Origin: Antedon mediterranea
Taxonomy: Eukaryota; Animalia; Echinodermata
Length of the DNA stretch: 64,000 nucleotides
NCBI RefSeq assembly: GCF_964355755.1
Contig: NC_092680.1
Coordinates: forward strand, 15,137,045-15,201,044
Direction of reading: 5' to 3'
The notes beneath the pieces are model-generated. The model was not told where the DNA came from, searched no databases, and was given only the letters and a program-made list of their open reading frames with translations. Shown piece by piece: positions 27,517 to 39,300 of this stretch (its first letter is position 1; every line of letters begins with the position of its first letter). A program made the position numbers and the translations under genes.

Positions 27517-28898
27517 AGTGGAGCTCCACCCAGAAAATTACTATTTTTCATACATTTCAACTATTATTTAAAAATATCATCCCTTATACTTCATATTTTT
27601 TTGAAATTTTTTTCAATGAGTACGATTTTCTTGAAAATCACGCCTTTTTGCGTTTTGGGGGGATACCTTGTAATTTCCTATTCTTTTACATGCAAAAGGG
27701 GGGTATATTTGAATAATCCTAAAAAATTCATTTCTTCACCAAAAAAAAAATGTAAAATGTATATTTATGTAATTTTTCCAGATCTTTCTATTTCTGGTAT
27801 TTTTATCACGTATACATTGCGCAATTTTGCGTAAATAGACACTTTCCCCCGTTCGGGTCCAATTGGGTTTTTTATTTTGCTAGTACAATCACGTGACATT
27901 TTTCACAATCACACTAACTGCAGCTGGCGATCTGTTATTTTGTCGCGATGTTATTTTTGACGGGCGAAAAGTATATTAAAACATTCTGAATTGGACCCTA
28001 TTATGTTTCACAGTGTAATAATGTGATTATGAGACTATTACTAAAATGTCAAATTTAACGAGATTTGAGAAAGACCTGGCTATATATTCAATAAAGCTAG
28101 GCCTAGGCCTACTAGAGTGTAGGTATGTACCGATGCTGCGTGGCCTCTAGCTAGGCTAGGCTGACAGCAGTGAAGTTTGTTTTGCTGGCACCCGACCTTG
28201 GCCTACCCATGGGCCATTATAGGGTTCCTGAATAGTTGCTTTTCAGTCAGGTCTAAGCTTGCACATCGCTTTACTACTCTTGTTCTGTATACTATAGGAT
28301 TTTGTGTTTCACAATTCTTAATGTGCGAGAAAACCCAGGAACGATAAATGGGGCGAAACGACCATGCCTATGAATACATAGGCCTCCAGACAAAAATGTA
28401 AGGCTAGCTAGGCTGAGCAGACGGCTGAGCTAGGCCTAGCCCTAGCTTAAAGTTAAAAGCAATCTGATAAGATTATTATGCTGTTGTTGTACAGTGAAAA
28501 TCATGAGGTTACATGTAAATTATACTGACATTCTTATCGGAAATATTACTTAGGCCTAAACAAATCGTATTAATTGTGTGTTGTGTGTATAAAATTTATT
28601 CCCCATTTTTCACATAATTTACCAAAACAAAGGGGAGACATTTCAAAAATGCGTTGACCGGCGACTAAAACGCGTCAGTCGCTAAATGTAACGCGTTTTG
28701 CGACGTATTGTAAACTAATAACCCCTAAGTTACTGAAAAACTGTAATGTGTTAAAAAACACTATTTTCTGACCGATTTTTTAGAAATGAGTTTTTGGAAA
28801 ATATTTCCGTATTTTTCCTGGTTTTTTTTATGTAATCACTTTCAATTAAGCATACTTAAACATAATATAAGCTGAGAAAGTCTGAGTGTAGCTCCACT
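27517..28898. mobile_element. Non-autonomous Kolobok-like DNA transposon (~1.4 kb)
   Basis: TTAA|AGTGGAGCTCCACCCAGA ... TCTGAGTGTAGCTCCACT|TTAA: 16/18 TIR match with TTAA duplication. No transposase ORF. Confidence 0.75.
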
Positions 28899-31467
28899 TT
28901 AACAATTATTATACTAGACTATTATAGTAACAAGCCACTGTCTGGGTCCCAACTATACGCGGGTAAACACCATCCAGGGCAGTCAGCCAGACAAGAATAT
29001 GTCAAAACAAGTCATCCAGGGGTGTTGTTCAGACATGTATGTTACAGTATTATATTAGGTGTTTTCAATAACATGACAATATAGGGGTTGGTTCATTTCA
29101 TGGGAAAGTGTGCCCTTATGGTGTCTTCTGTTCCAAACAAGAGGTTTAGGTGGACAATTATGTATCTGTTTTGTTTACTTTGTCCCGAATGATCATTATC
29201 AAAGGAGAAGATAATGGTAAACAACTAAATCTTTAATTTTCAGAAACTCATCAGAACCATGATTTATGTAGCAGGCCAAAAATGTCATTTTGAACATCTC
29301 TGTCAAGCATAACAAGTAGTAGTGGTTGGTGAATTCAGCAAAATTTGTTACACTTTTAAGTCTTATCTGCCGTTCTCTATATATGAAACCAGAACGCCTG
29401 ATCGATATTCGATCACGTTTACCACTAAGCATATAGATTTCACCAATTGTATTATGTACACAAATTCAAACAAGAATGTTAAAGTGATTGACTGATGAAA
29501 ATAGAACGGTTCATGTTTTTTTAATAGTTGGAGAGAGATTATTTAGAGGGCTAGGTTTAGTATTTTTTAGGAAGTAGATCAGCTATGCAATTCTTTATAA
29601 TAGAAAATAATTAAGCTAATGAATTATACATAATTTCTGCCCGAACCTCATAAGACAAAAAATGCGACCCGGCAGCATTATTGATTATTGAATTTTAGCT
29701 ATAAATCTATATAATCAGCCCATCAAACCTTTTGTGGCTTTGCACATGATTAAATTCTCTGGGCGCTCGGTCTATTATGGTAATGATATGCTTAAATGGT
29801 AGTGATATAACATCATCGTGTCCATGGGCACATCACATTTTTTTTTCACATCAAGTTTGATAGTGTAGGCTTAGATCTCTCAAATGGTTAAGGCCCGTAA
29901 AATAAAATTAAAAAAAATCGATACCAACATCTTATATTTAAAAAAAAATAATGCTATGGGATTCCACAGATAGTACAGAAATTATCATTTTGTAAAATGT
30001 TCTCCTGCCATTTACTGTATGTAATCCTACTCATAGTCTATTAGTATATCACAATAAATGTGATTTATGTTATTGGAAATGTAAATTACATTCACAAACG
30101 TGATTCTACAGTCATAAGATCAAGAAAAAAAATTAACAATGTAGGCCTACATATAGGCCTGCTACAAATAAGTACGGTATGTTAGTAAATGTCATCCATG
30201 TGGAGCTACGTAGGTGATTTAAAGATGTATCACCCCCGCTAAAAAAAAACATGAAAAAATGAAGATTAATAAAATCAGATTTTGAATATGCCATTTTGTA
30301 GGTTTAATAAATTTAATCACTTCTGCAGAAAAAAAAATGAAACAAAATAATGTTTTCCTTTATAAAAAGACAAATAAATGGTTAAATTAAACTAAAAACC
30401 CATTGGCTGGCAGCCAATTTGACTATTTAGGCCTATTTGCTTTAAAATACTGATTTTTTTCAGGTAAATAATTTGCTTTGTGATCCAATTTTTGGTCAAA
30501 GTGATAACTATTAATTATGGAACATTAAAAACAAAGTCAACAACCAAATTTGGAACAATTGCTTCTTTCAGGGGGACAATATTATTTGTTGGTATCTTAA
30601 ATATATTAATATGATGCGTTAAGAGTTTAATTCGCATAGTTTCTTTCTAGACTCCATTATATTTACTATAACTATACAAAACATTTTTAAACTTTGTTTT
30701 CATTAGATACATAAACATTTATCAGTATAATATTATTTAGTCTCCATTTTTTAAATAATTTTTTTTTTCATATACGTTTTTTTTCTTTCACTATATCTTA
30801 GTTAAAACATGACAATATCACCTAACTATCACAAAAAGAACAGATTAATAGTATTGTTATTTAACATCTCAGTAGCAAAACTATACCAAGACAATTACAT
30901 CTAATCAGAAATATCTATAATTAATAGTGCGATGATGGTTACAACATAACCATTTATTTTTTGTACTATTTTTCTTCTTCTGTTATTCTGTTTTCCTCTT
31001 TTTTCCTTCATTTTTTCCTTCGCTTTATAATAGGGACAGAACGTACCATTCTTTATGAGGACCCATCCATCCATCAGACAAGATAATATTTTTCTTTGAA
31101 AACAAAATTTTGTTAACGAGTTCAGTTTAAAAACGGTAATATTCGTTAATCAATCAATAATACATTAGTATCATATCAATTATTCCAAATATTTGTTTAA
31201 TGGTGAATATAGCGTAATTACCGTGTATACATTAGATAAACCAATACATTGTTATGTTCTTTCTGAGGTTGTGCATGCATACATTTTGTTAATAAACACA
31301 TAAGAGATCATTGTTTTAGTTACCGACCGACATTATTCTCATCGGTTTCATCCACGTGACAGATGTTATTAATAAACAAACGTGATGTTATAACATTTAC
31401 TCTGCTTGTTTTAAATAGTCTCACTTTGGCACTGGAATGTTGTCGTTGTCGTCGTCGTCGTCGAATG

Positions 31468-32406
31468 TTATGGTGAAATGTCGTCGTCGTTGTTGCAGTG
31501 TTGTTCAAATGTGGATGCCGGCTCATTTACAAATCTTGACGTCAAACATAGCATACACTTAACGCAACACCACATTTTAAATAGATTATGTTTAAAATGT
31601 TCTCCAATGAATGTGTACAACACCGGATTTATTACACCATGAGAGATGAGCATGCCAACAGCCACTACAGTATTAACATCTGTAAAGGTTGTAATAATAT
31701 AAAATGGCGAAAACAATATTACGAATGATAAAGTTATAGAAATAGCGAGAATGAGCGAATGCTTTGATGATCTTCTCGTTGGGTTGTTTTCGACCTGCTG
31801 TGTTGAAGCCATGGTACACACAATCATAAAATAACAGAAGACAATTGTAATCAACGGTATTGCATAGTTCATGACAAATATATAGAACTTAAATTTTTCG
31901 AAAAGTTGGATTTGACAGTAATTAATGCCGTTCAATCGTAAAATGTATGTAAGTATCCACAGTGGTATGGAAACTAATCCTGAAACTATGAAAGTTATAA
32001 AACAAACACATTTTGCGGCTTTTTGTGTACGGTAAGTGTTCGATGAAATGCAAGGTACGATGGCGAAACATCTATCAAGGCTTAACACAACAATGATATA
32101 AACAGTGTTCAAATTTTTCCAAAATTGTACGCCTTGATAAATCACACAAAATGTGTAAGAAGGGTTAAAAATACAAGCAAATAATCTCCACCAAAGTGTA
32201 CTACCAAAAACAAATACACCACTTATAAAGTCCAGAACAGCCAGGTTGAAAATGAACACATTTTGAATATTTTGCAAATTTTTAAACATTAAAATTATTA
32301 CAATGATTAGCAGGTTGAACGATATTCCAACAATAGATGCTGCATATTTGAAAATTGGAGTATCAACCTCAAAAGAAGAACAACTTTTCGAATTATTATC
32401 AGTCAT
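31468..32406 (-). CDS. Single-exon rhodopsin-like (class A) GPCR, peptide-receptor-like; likely start MTDNNS at 32406 (ORF open to 32496)
   Basis: Seven hydrophobic segments: TM2 FIFNLAVLD, TM3 SLDRC, TM5 YAIPL, TM6 FSPFY and TM7 INPVLY. An N-glycosylation site (NNS) lies near the start. Confidence 0.88.
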   Translation of the reverse strand: MTDNNSKSCSSFEVDTPIFKYAASIVGISFNLLIIVIILMFKNLQNIQNVFIFNLAVLDFISGVFVFGSTLWWRLFACIFNPSYTFCVIYQGVQFWKNLNTVYIIVVLSLDRCFAIVPCISSNTYRTQKAAKCVCFITFIVSGLVSIPLWILTYILRLNGINYCQIQLFEKFKFYIFVMNYAIPLITIVFCYFMIVCTMASTQQVENNPTRRSSKHSLILAISITLSFVILFSPFYIITTFTDVNTVVAVGMLISHGVINPVLYTFIGEHFKHNLFKMWCCVKCMLCLTSRFVNEPASTFEQHCNNDDDISP

Positions 32407-32597
32407 TGTAATACTGGGGATACAGACAGCGCAATAACTTCGATTGATTCTGTTAACAAGCAATTCGTAATTATGATTATGGCTATATACAAACACACCT
32501 TAAACACGAGTTGTCATTGCCAATGCGAAATATTATAATTGTCTCAACCAATAAGAAATATCCATTTCTGAACTATAACCTAAAAAAAGAACAACAA

Positions 32598-32886
32598 AAA
32601 GCCCAAGCTTTGTTACAGTATAACAAATGAGTTAAGATAATTACATTATAAAAAAGTATCTTAAGATAAACACATGTTAAAATATCAATACATGTACTAT
32701 TTCATTTGATAACATTAGGCTAAGTAGTTGACCAATGTAAATGTTCTTTAATTAAAAATTACTTCACTTTTTTATTTTATTTTTTTAAATTTTCATTATA
32801 CATCTAACATCCAATGGCTAATTACGGAACACATAACATAAAATTCCCAAAGTACAGTAAAATAACGATTGGGTACGCCCACGTTA
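32598..32886 (+). repeat. ~285-bp dispersed direct repeat; second copy at ~34640-34921
   Basis: Both run from AAAGCCCAA.CTTTGTTACAGTATAA to AATAACGATTGGGTA.GCCCACGTTA. Confidence 0.8.
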
Positions 32887-33284
32887 AAACTAGGGGAAAC
32901 TGGGGAAATGCAAATTGTCTCGCTGGTCTGTTTTCTTCTCTGTCGTGTGCTATTATAATTTAGTTGCCTACCTATTTTTTAATTCTATCATCTTTGTGAC
33001 GAACGATTTTTTTCGACACCGCGTTTTAAGCCATGCGAATCTAATATAAGTATAATTCAGTGTTATGATCAACATTCTTGGATATATTTTGCAATACTCC
33101 CGATGTGTGTTATTCCGACTCTACAGCTCACAATGTCCGTCGGTTGGTCGGTTGGTCCGGGTTGGTCGGTCGGTCGGTAAACACTCAAATTTGAGCACGC
33201 CTATAGGGCCTTGTTCTCCTTTAGTGCTCCGATAGCAGCTGCCATGTCAATATTTTTATTTGTAGATGACCTTTAGCTTGGGTG

Positions 33285-33482
33285 GTGAAGCTGTAGCTTG
33301 GTGGTTAAGTGGTGCTTGCCATCCAATCCCAAGGTCCAAGGTTCAATCCTAGTGCCACAGTTTAAATTCACGACTATTTAAACTCCATTCCCTAAGCCTA
33401 ACATAAGTAGGAGTGGAGTTGTGGCCTGGTGGTTATGATGCTTGGCTGCCAATCCAAGGGTCCTGGGTTCAAGTCCTGTCAT
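33285..33482 (+). mobile_element. Two tandem degenerate tRNA-derived (SINE-head-like) units
   Basis: A-box/B-box pairs TAGCTTGGTGG...GGTTCAATCC (~33294-33349) and TGGCCTGGTGG...GGTTCAAGTCC (~33422-33476). Acceptor stems do not pair well. Confidence 0.6.
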
Positions 33483-35844
33483 ATGTCAGGATTTTTTCTA
33501 ATGACAATTTACAACTCCACTCCCAAAGACTTGTAATATAGACTTTGTTGATGTAAAGCATTGTGTGTACATTGTGTTTGTCTCGTGAATGGATTGCCAC
33601 CTTTAAGAAGGATAGTGATTGAATTTGCTTATGGTTATCCTTGGCAATTTGCCTAAATATATAAAATAAAAATAAATAAAAATAGTACGGTATTATAAAA
33701 TAGTTTATCCATCCTGTAATTGTCGAATTACTCGCTGTTAGGTGCATATGAAATAAAACAAAACATTATAATAAACATAAACGCGTCGAGTTCGATATTA
33801 TACACATAATATGATTTGAATGAACAGTATTTTTAAACGACGAGACCTTCCTAGAATTTGTCTTGTCAGCCATTTTGAATTTGAGTAAAACATATACGAC
33901 ATTACTATCCTGCATATCATGATTACTATGAATTAGTAATTAATGTTCTCCAAGGGCAGATGAGTCAGTCAATTTATATTCAGCTTATAAGCATTATGAG
34001 GAGACAATTTCTACTACGCACAGTATATATCCTTATTATCTAAGCCATATAGGCCTACCGTCCGTTTGCTTTTTCCCTTAAGAAGATTTGGCCAATTTTG
34101 ACCAATAGGCCTATAAGATAGGCCTACAGTTACAGGCCTAATTGACATTGAGTATACCAATAACTAAATTTCAGGTACATTTGTAGAGGACGTAGGGGGA
34201 TCAGAACTAAGCTATTATTATTATTATAAATATTAAATAAAAGTTAGAATAGTATATAGAAATATATCAAGAAGTAAAATAAACGGAAATAATAGTATAG
34301 ACAATACGCAAAATAAATCATAAAACGTGTAAGCTGATTGGGACAGACAATGATTTTTCAAACAGATTTAAATGGTTGAGTGATTGTTTCACATGGTTGG
34401 ACCGGAATTGACTTTGTGTACGTTTTACAAACGGGAAATGTTATTATATGAATGTAATACTAAAACAGCAATGATATTGATTTGGCAAATTGTTCATATA
34501 TTGAAACATAATGTAAATGATTTAGTTAATGGAGGTTGGCAATTTTTAGATTGTTAGTTCTGGCAACTCTGAAATGTTAAGATGTTATAATTGGAACAGA
34601 CCGTTTTGTAAAATAATTTTTTGTAGATTAGAGACACCGAAAGCCCAAACTTTGTTACAGTATAAGAACTGAGGTAAGATAAATACATTAAAAAAAAGTA
34701 TTTTAAGGAAAACACATGTTAAAATATTTTCTATTTTATTTGATAACATTAAGTAGTTGACCAATATAAATGTTCTTAATTAAAAATTATTAATTCACTT
34801 TTTTATTTTATTTATTTTTATTTTATTTATACATCCAAAATCCAATGGCGAATTACAGAATACATAACAATAATGCAATTCACAAAGTACAGTAAAATAA
34901 CGATTGGGTATGCCCACGTTACAACTATAACAACCACATAGGCCTACATACAGTATACAATAAAGATAAAAGTGTTTACAATATTAATAATTATGTGACT
35001 GAATGTTAGGGCGTTTGTTGAATGAGTGAATGTATCTAGTGGGTAAAAATCTGTGATAATACCATATATGACTCTGTTGATATATATATATATATATATT
35101 GCAATAGACCACGATGTCAAATGGAACGACAAAACTCGCAAAGACAAAGAAAACCACTGGGAATTACTACTTAAAACCACAAAACCTTTTGGACTTAACA
35201 TTAGGAACATACTTCCAGATTGGTAAAATTATTCCATTGACTACCAAAATTTAAGTTTCAATATTAACCACCATTTAAGCTGTTTTTTAGTCTCATTCCA
35301 AAATTGTTTATATCTCTACCAAGCTACCTTCTTTGTTTTCTACTCTTATTCAGACTCCACCCTGGCTCCCTTTGTTATATTTCTTTTATTCCCTGTCCAC
35401 CCAGGCAGCACTTGCCAGCTTTATACTATGACGTTATCCAAATTCCTTCACTTGCACTGATAAGGGCTAGTGTTGCACGAAAGCTCTGCTAACTTTTCTG
35501 GCTGTTTACTTTATCGATTTGATTTAGCTTTTCGCTTTTTATTTTTGTATCTCCATTGAGATCCAGCCACTGATACCCACAGCATTGTAATTTTTTTCAG
35601 TAATTTGCCTTTGGATTTTTAGTTGAGTATTGCTGCTGCAGCTGCTGAGCTCTGTCTGATAACAAAGGTGGCGCTATTTATTAATTTATTAACAAAATTA
35701 TAAATAAACGAACGAGAGAGGAGAGAGTACAGAGAATAAAGTTCAACTACTACAATTCAAGGCCTAAATCTTGCTAGTTAGGATTTTAAACGGTGATAAT
35801 TTGGCTTGTTAACGTTTATATCGTTATTTATTTATTTAAAACTA

Positions 35845-36310
35845 CTAGGGCCTAGGCCTATTAGGGAAGGCCTCTAGCTACTAGGCTAGGCCTACACCTA
35901 GCTAGGCTAGGCTAGGCCTAGAGACTAGGCCTAGCCTAGGCCCCTAGGCCTAACTAGCTAGGCTATTTATAGAGTAGGAGCCGAAGAATAGCAGCAGCAC
36001 GGATGATCACCGAAATGTCTATAATATGGCCTAGGCATAGGGCCTAGACGCGTATATTCCTCTAGCCTCTAATTTTAGTTACTAATTTTGATACCTGCAT
36101 GGTCCATGGATGGCTACTTCTCTATTAGGCCTAGAACTTAGAAGCCTAGCCTAACCTAAGTATTATTATTTATTTTATTAAAGAAAAAGGGGCCTAGCCT
36201 AGGCCTACTAACTCTTGTCTAAGAGTCAAGAGGCCTAGCCTAGAGTAGGCTATATACGCTAGGCGAATATATACCTAGCCCTACTACATAGAGTAGGCCT
36301 ACTGCTGGCT
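35845..36310. repeat. TAGGCCTA/CTAG-rich low-complexity tract just upstream of the first SUGP1 coding exon
   Basis: Dense interspersed TAGGCCTA, GGCTAG and CCTAG words. Confidence 0.75.
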
Positions 36311-36398
36311 TCTAGATTGATTCGAGACATTAGTAGTAGTTTCATTAATAAACAATGTTTTTTATTTTATTTCTTCAAAGCTGAAAAAAATAAAAAAG

Positions 36399-39300
36399 AT
36401 GGCATATCGTGCAAACAGAGGAAGAGGTGGTTTCCAAAGTAATAAATTGCAAACAATTAATCAGCAAGAAAAGATGCTTGCTGCAAAAAAGAAAGAAATT
36501 CTACTAAAACTGGAAGAGAAAAAGAAAAAAAAGTTGGCAGAAGAGGAGGCAAAACTTGCTTCACTGGCAACTTCAAGGTAGATATAGTTTTTTCGGCTGA
36601 ACACGTAAAGGTGAACGATAGAGTGACGACAATAAAATAAACATACATTTTTCTTATGTCAGAAAACAAAAGAATAATAATTTGGAAAAATTTCATCCTG
36701 GAACTATAGGATAACCATTTATGTTGTCTAAATAATATTTTTTTAAATAGAATCAAATGATGTTATGTCAATAATCAATAATATGAATCGTCATTCGTCA
36801 CAGCACTTATCGTCGATCGTTATCGTGCTAGTATAAATTGACCTAAGTATATTTAATGGATGAAGTTAACATTTTATTAATTTGCGTAACAGTAGAGGTT
36901 AACGATATCCGTTTGATGATGGAAATGGTATCCAAGAAAATCATTAAAGAACTAGATTTGTTTTGGCCTCTTACATTGCACTTGCTTGCATTTGTTTTTT
37001 ATTGTTTCTCTTAAATAACTTTTAAAGTTACCATTTTGTTTTTTTATTATTCTGTGCAAATAATGATTTATTCCTTTAATGTAATACTCTTTCCAGTTAA
37101 CATTTTGCGTTGCACGTTTGGAAATAACGATATGTAAATAAAGTTAATTATGGCCCAAAACATTTAACATGGTGAACCTGTATTTTGTGCATTCATAGGT
37201 ACCTTAATTTACCTTTTTGAACTTAGTGTGAGATATCCCATTTTTTAATGAATTGACATTGATTACTTTTAGTTTTTATTTTTCTGAACAGCATCCCATT
37301 GCCAGTATTGCCAGCAGCACCAGCTCCATCACTCAAGAAAAATGAGACGCCATCTCCATCTAAGCCTCAAAGTCAGCCTCCAAGTCAGCCTCCAAGTGCT
37401 GGTCAGAATACATTCAGTAATGATGGCAGCTTCTTGGAGCAATTTCGAAAGATGCAAGAAGCAGCTGCTAATAAGGAAGAGAAATCTCTCATCTCAATTG
37501 CAAACACAAATCCGCCACCACCTCCTCCTCCATTAGGTAAGACTGTATTGATGAAATAATGACTGAGTTTATTCTTGCTCTCATGTATTTCCTTTTGATT
37601 CGGATAGGTCATCCATGTAACAATACATACAGAACTAAAGAAAAACAAATCAGACATCTTCCATAATCACATCTAAAAAATGAATTTGCACCAACGCTGG
37701 TGAAGGTTGGATTGTGGAAGTACATTGCATGTTTTTAATAATTAAACAATTACCACTGTCATTTAATTAATTCGCTTTTTGAATGAATGCAGTTCCTCCA
37801 GTATTCATAAAATAAGGGAATGTTTTCTGAGTATCAGTATACTAAGTATTTGTATGCAAAAGGTCCTAGCAATGTACCCATGTAAATACATATTTAATCA
37901 TCATGAGTTCAAACGGACAAGCTCCTCCATAGCAGCCACAGTTCAGCGTCTACCATAGTAAACTATGATCAACACACCGGGAGACAATAACATACTCTTT
38001 TTTAATAGTGTTCTTTATTGTGCACATATTCATTGATGTAGAGTGTACAAACATCTTTACGTACCATCCAAAGGATGAGGCCATGGGAGTATATTGCCTA
38101 TCAATAGATATATGACACAGATAGGCTACTCCGTATACACCATTACGTATCGTTCTCACCACGGTTGGTTAATACACCCTGGCTAAGTTATTGTTATACT
38201 GTGTTATTAACTAGGATTTTGTTTTATAAACTTACTACACTATTAATTAATTTGTTATTGTTGATACAGATTTACGGGTAGAGCCTCCAGCCCCCTTACC
38301 TGTCACTCACTACCCACCTCCTCCAATTCCAAATACATACATCAAATCAGCGGCACCAGTAGCGCCACCGTCTATGATGTTCTCAAAACCAGCAGTATTT
38401 CAGGATTCTGATAGTGACGAGGAACAAGACTCGTCAGGAAAAAGTAAGTATATCTATCAAGACAAACAAATCTCCATTTTTTTATGTTCAGAGAGATTGA
38501 AAATTTGTATTTAACTTTCCATGAATACCCTGGTTTGCCAGTGGCGTAACACAGAGGTTTAGGCTCTATCAAGTATTTTGGGGTTTAGCCAGTGGGTGCT
38601 CATAGTCGTTACACCACTGTGGTTTGTGTGTTCCCTTAAAGCTGGTTTACATTGTAGAAAAGTAGTCCACTTTTTGTAGTTTTACCTTGAAAACAATATG
38701 CATTCAAATCAAGTAATAATTATACATTACTACCATTCAAATCAGATTCTATAGATAATATTTTGTATAAATTCTCAGCAAATATTTCACCAATTTACAT
38801 GAATATTATAATTTAAATATTGAGTGATTTAGTTGAAAGCGGGAAAAGAAAATACCAACTTATAATTAATATTAATGAAAAAACATTTTCAATTTAAAAA
38901 CCTTTTATTTACAAATTCTACTAAAAATTAAAATTGAGAAAGCCTTGGGTAGCTTTTCTCTTCTCTGCTTTCACCCCCTCTGGGGTTCATGTGCTGATAC
39001 TCATAGGAGGCTTTAAGTCTTACCGCCAGAGGATCCTGACTTGAGAAAACTTATTGAGACATTTGCAAAAAGTGTAGCAGAGGGAGGAACGGTGATTGAA
39101 GACATAGCAACCAAAAACCACAGAGGAAACCCAAAGTATCGGTAAGGCTTGATGAAATCTGTATTCACACTACCAATGGAAATTACGTTAATTTTCTTGA
39201 TTAATACTCGTCTCGGTTGGGGCAACTTTTTCTCATTCTCACAGATTTCCTCATCTTTATCGTTTAAAATTAATTAATTAAATTTCAGTATATCACCGGG

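Noticed and set aside
33415-33482. Functional tRNA-Gly(GCC) gene
   Set aside because: The acceptor and D stems pair poorly and there is no adjacent terminator; it is better explained as a SINE-like head.
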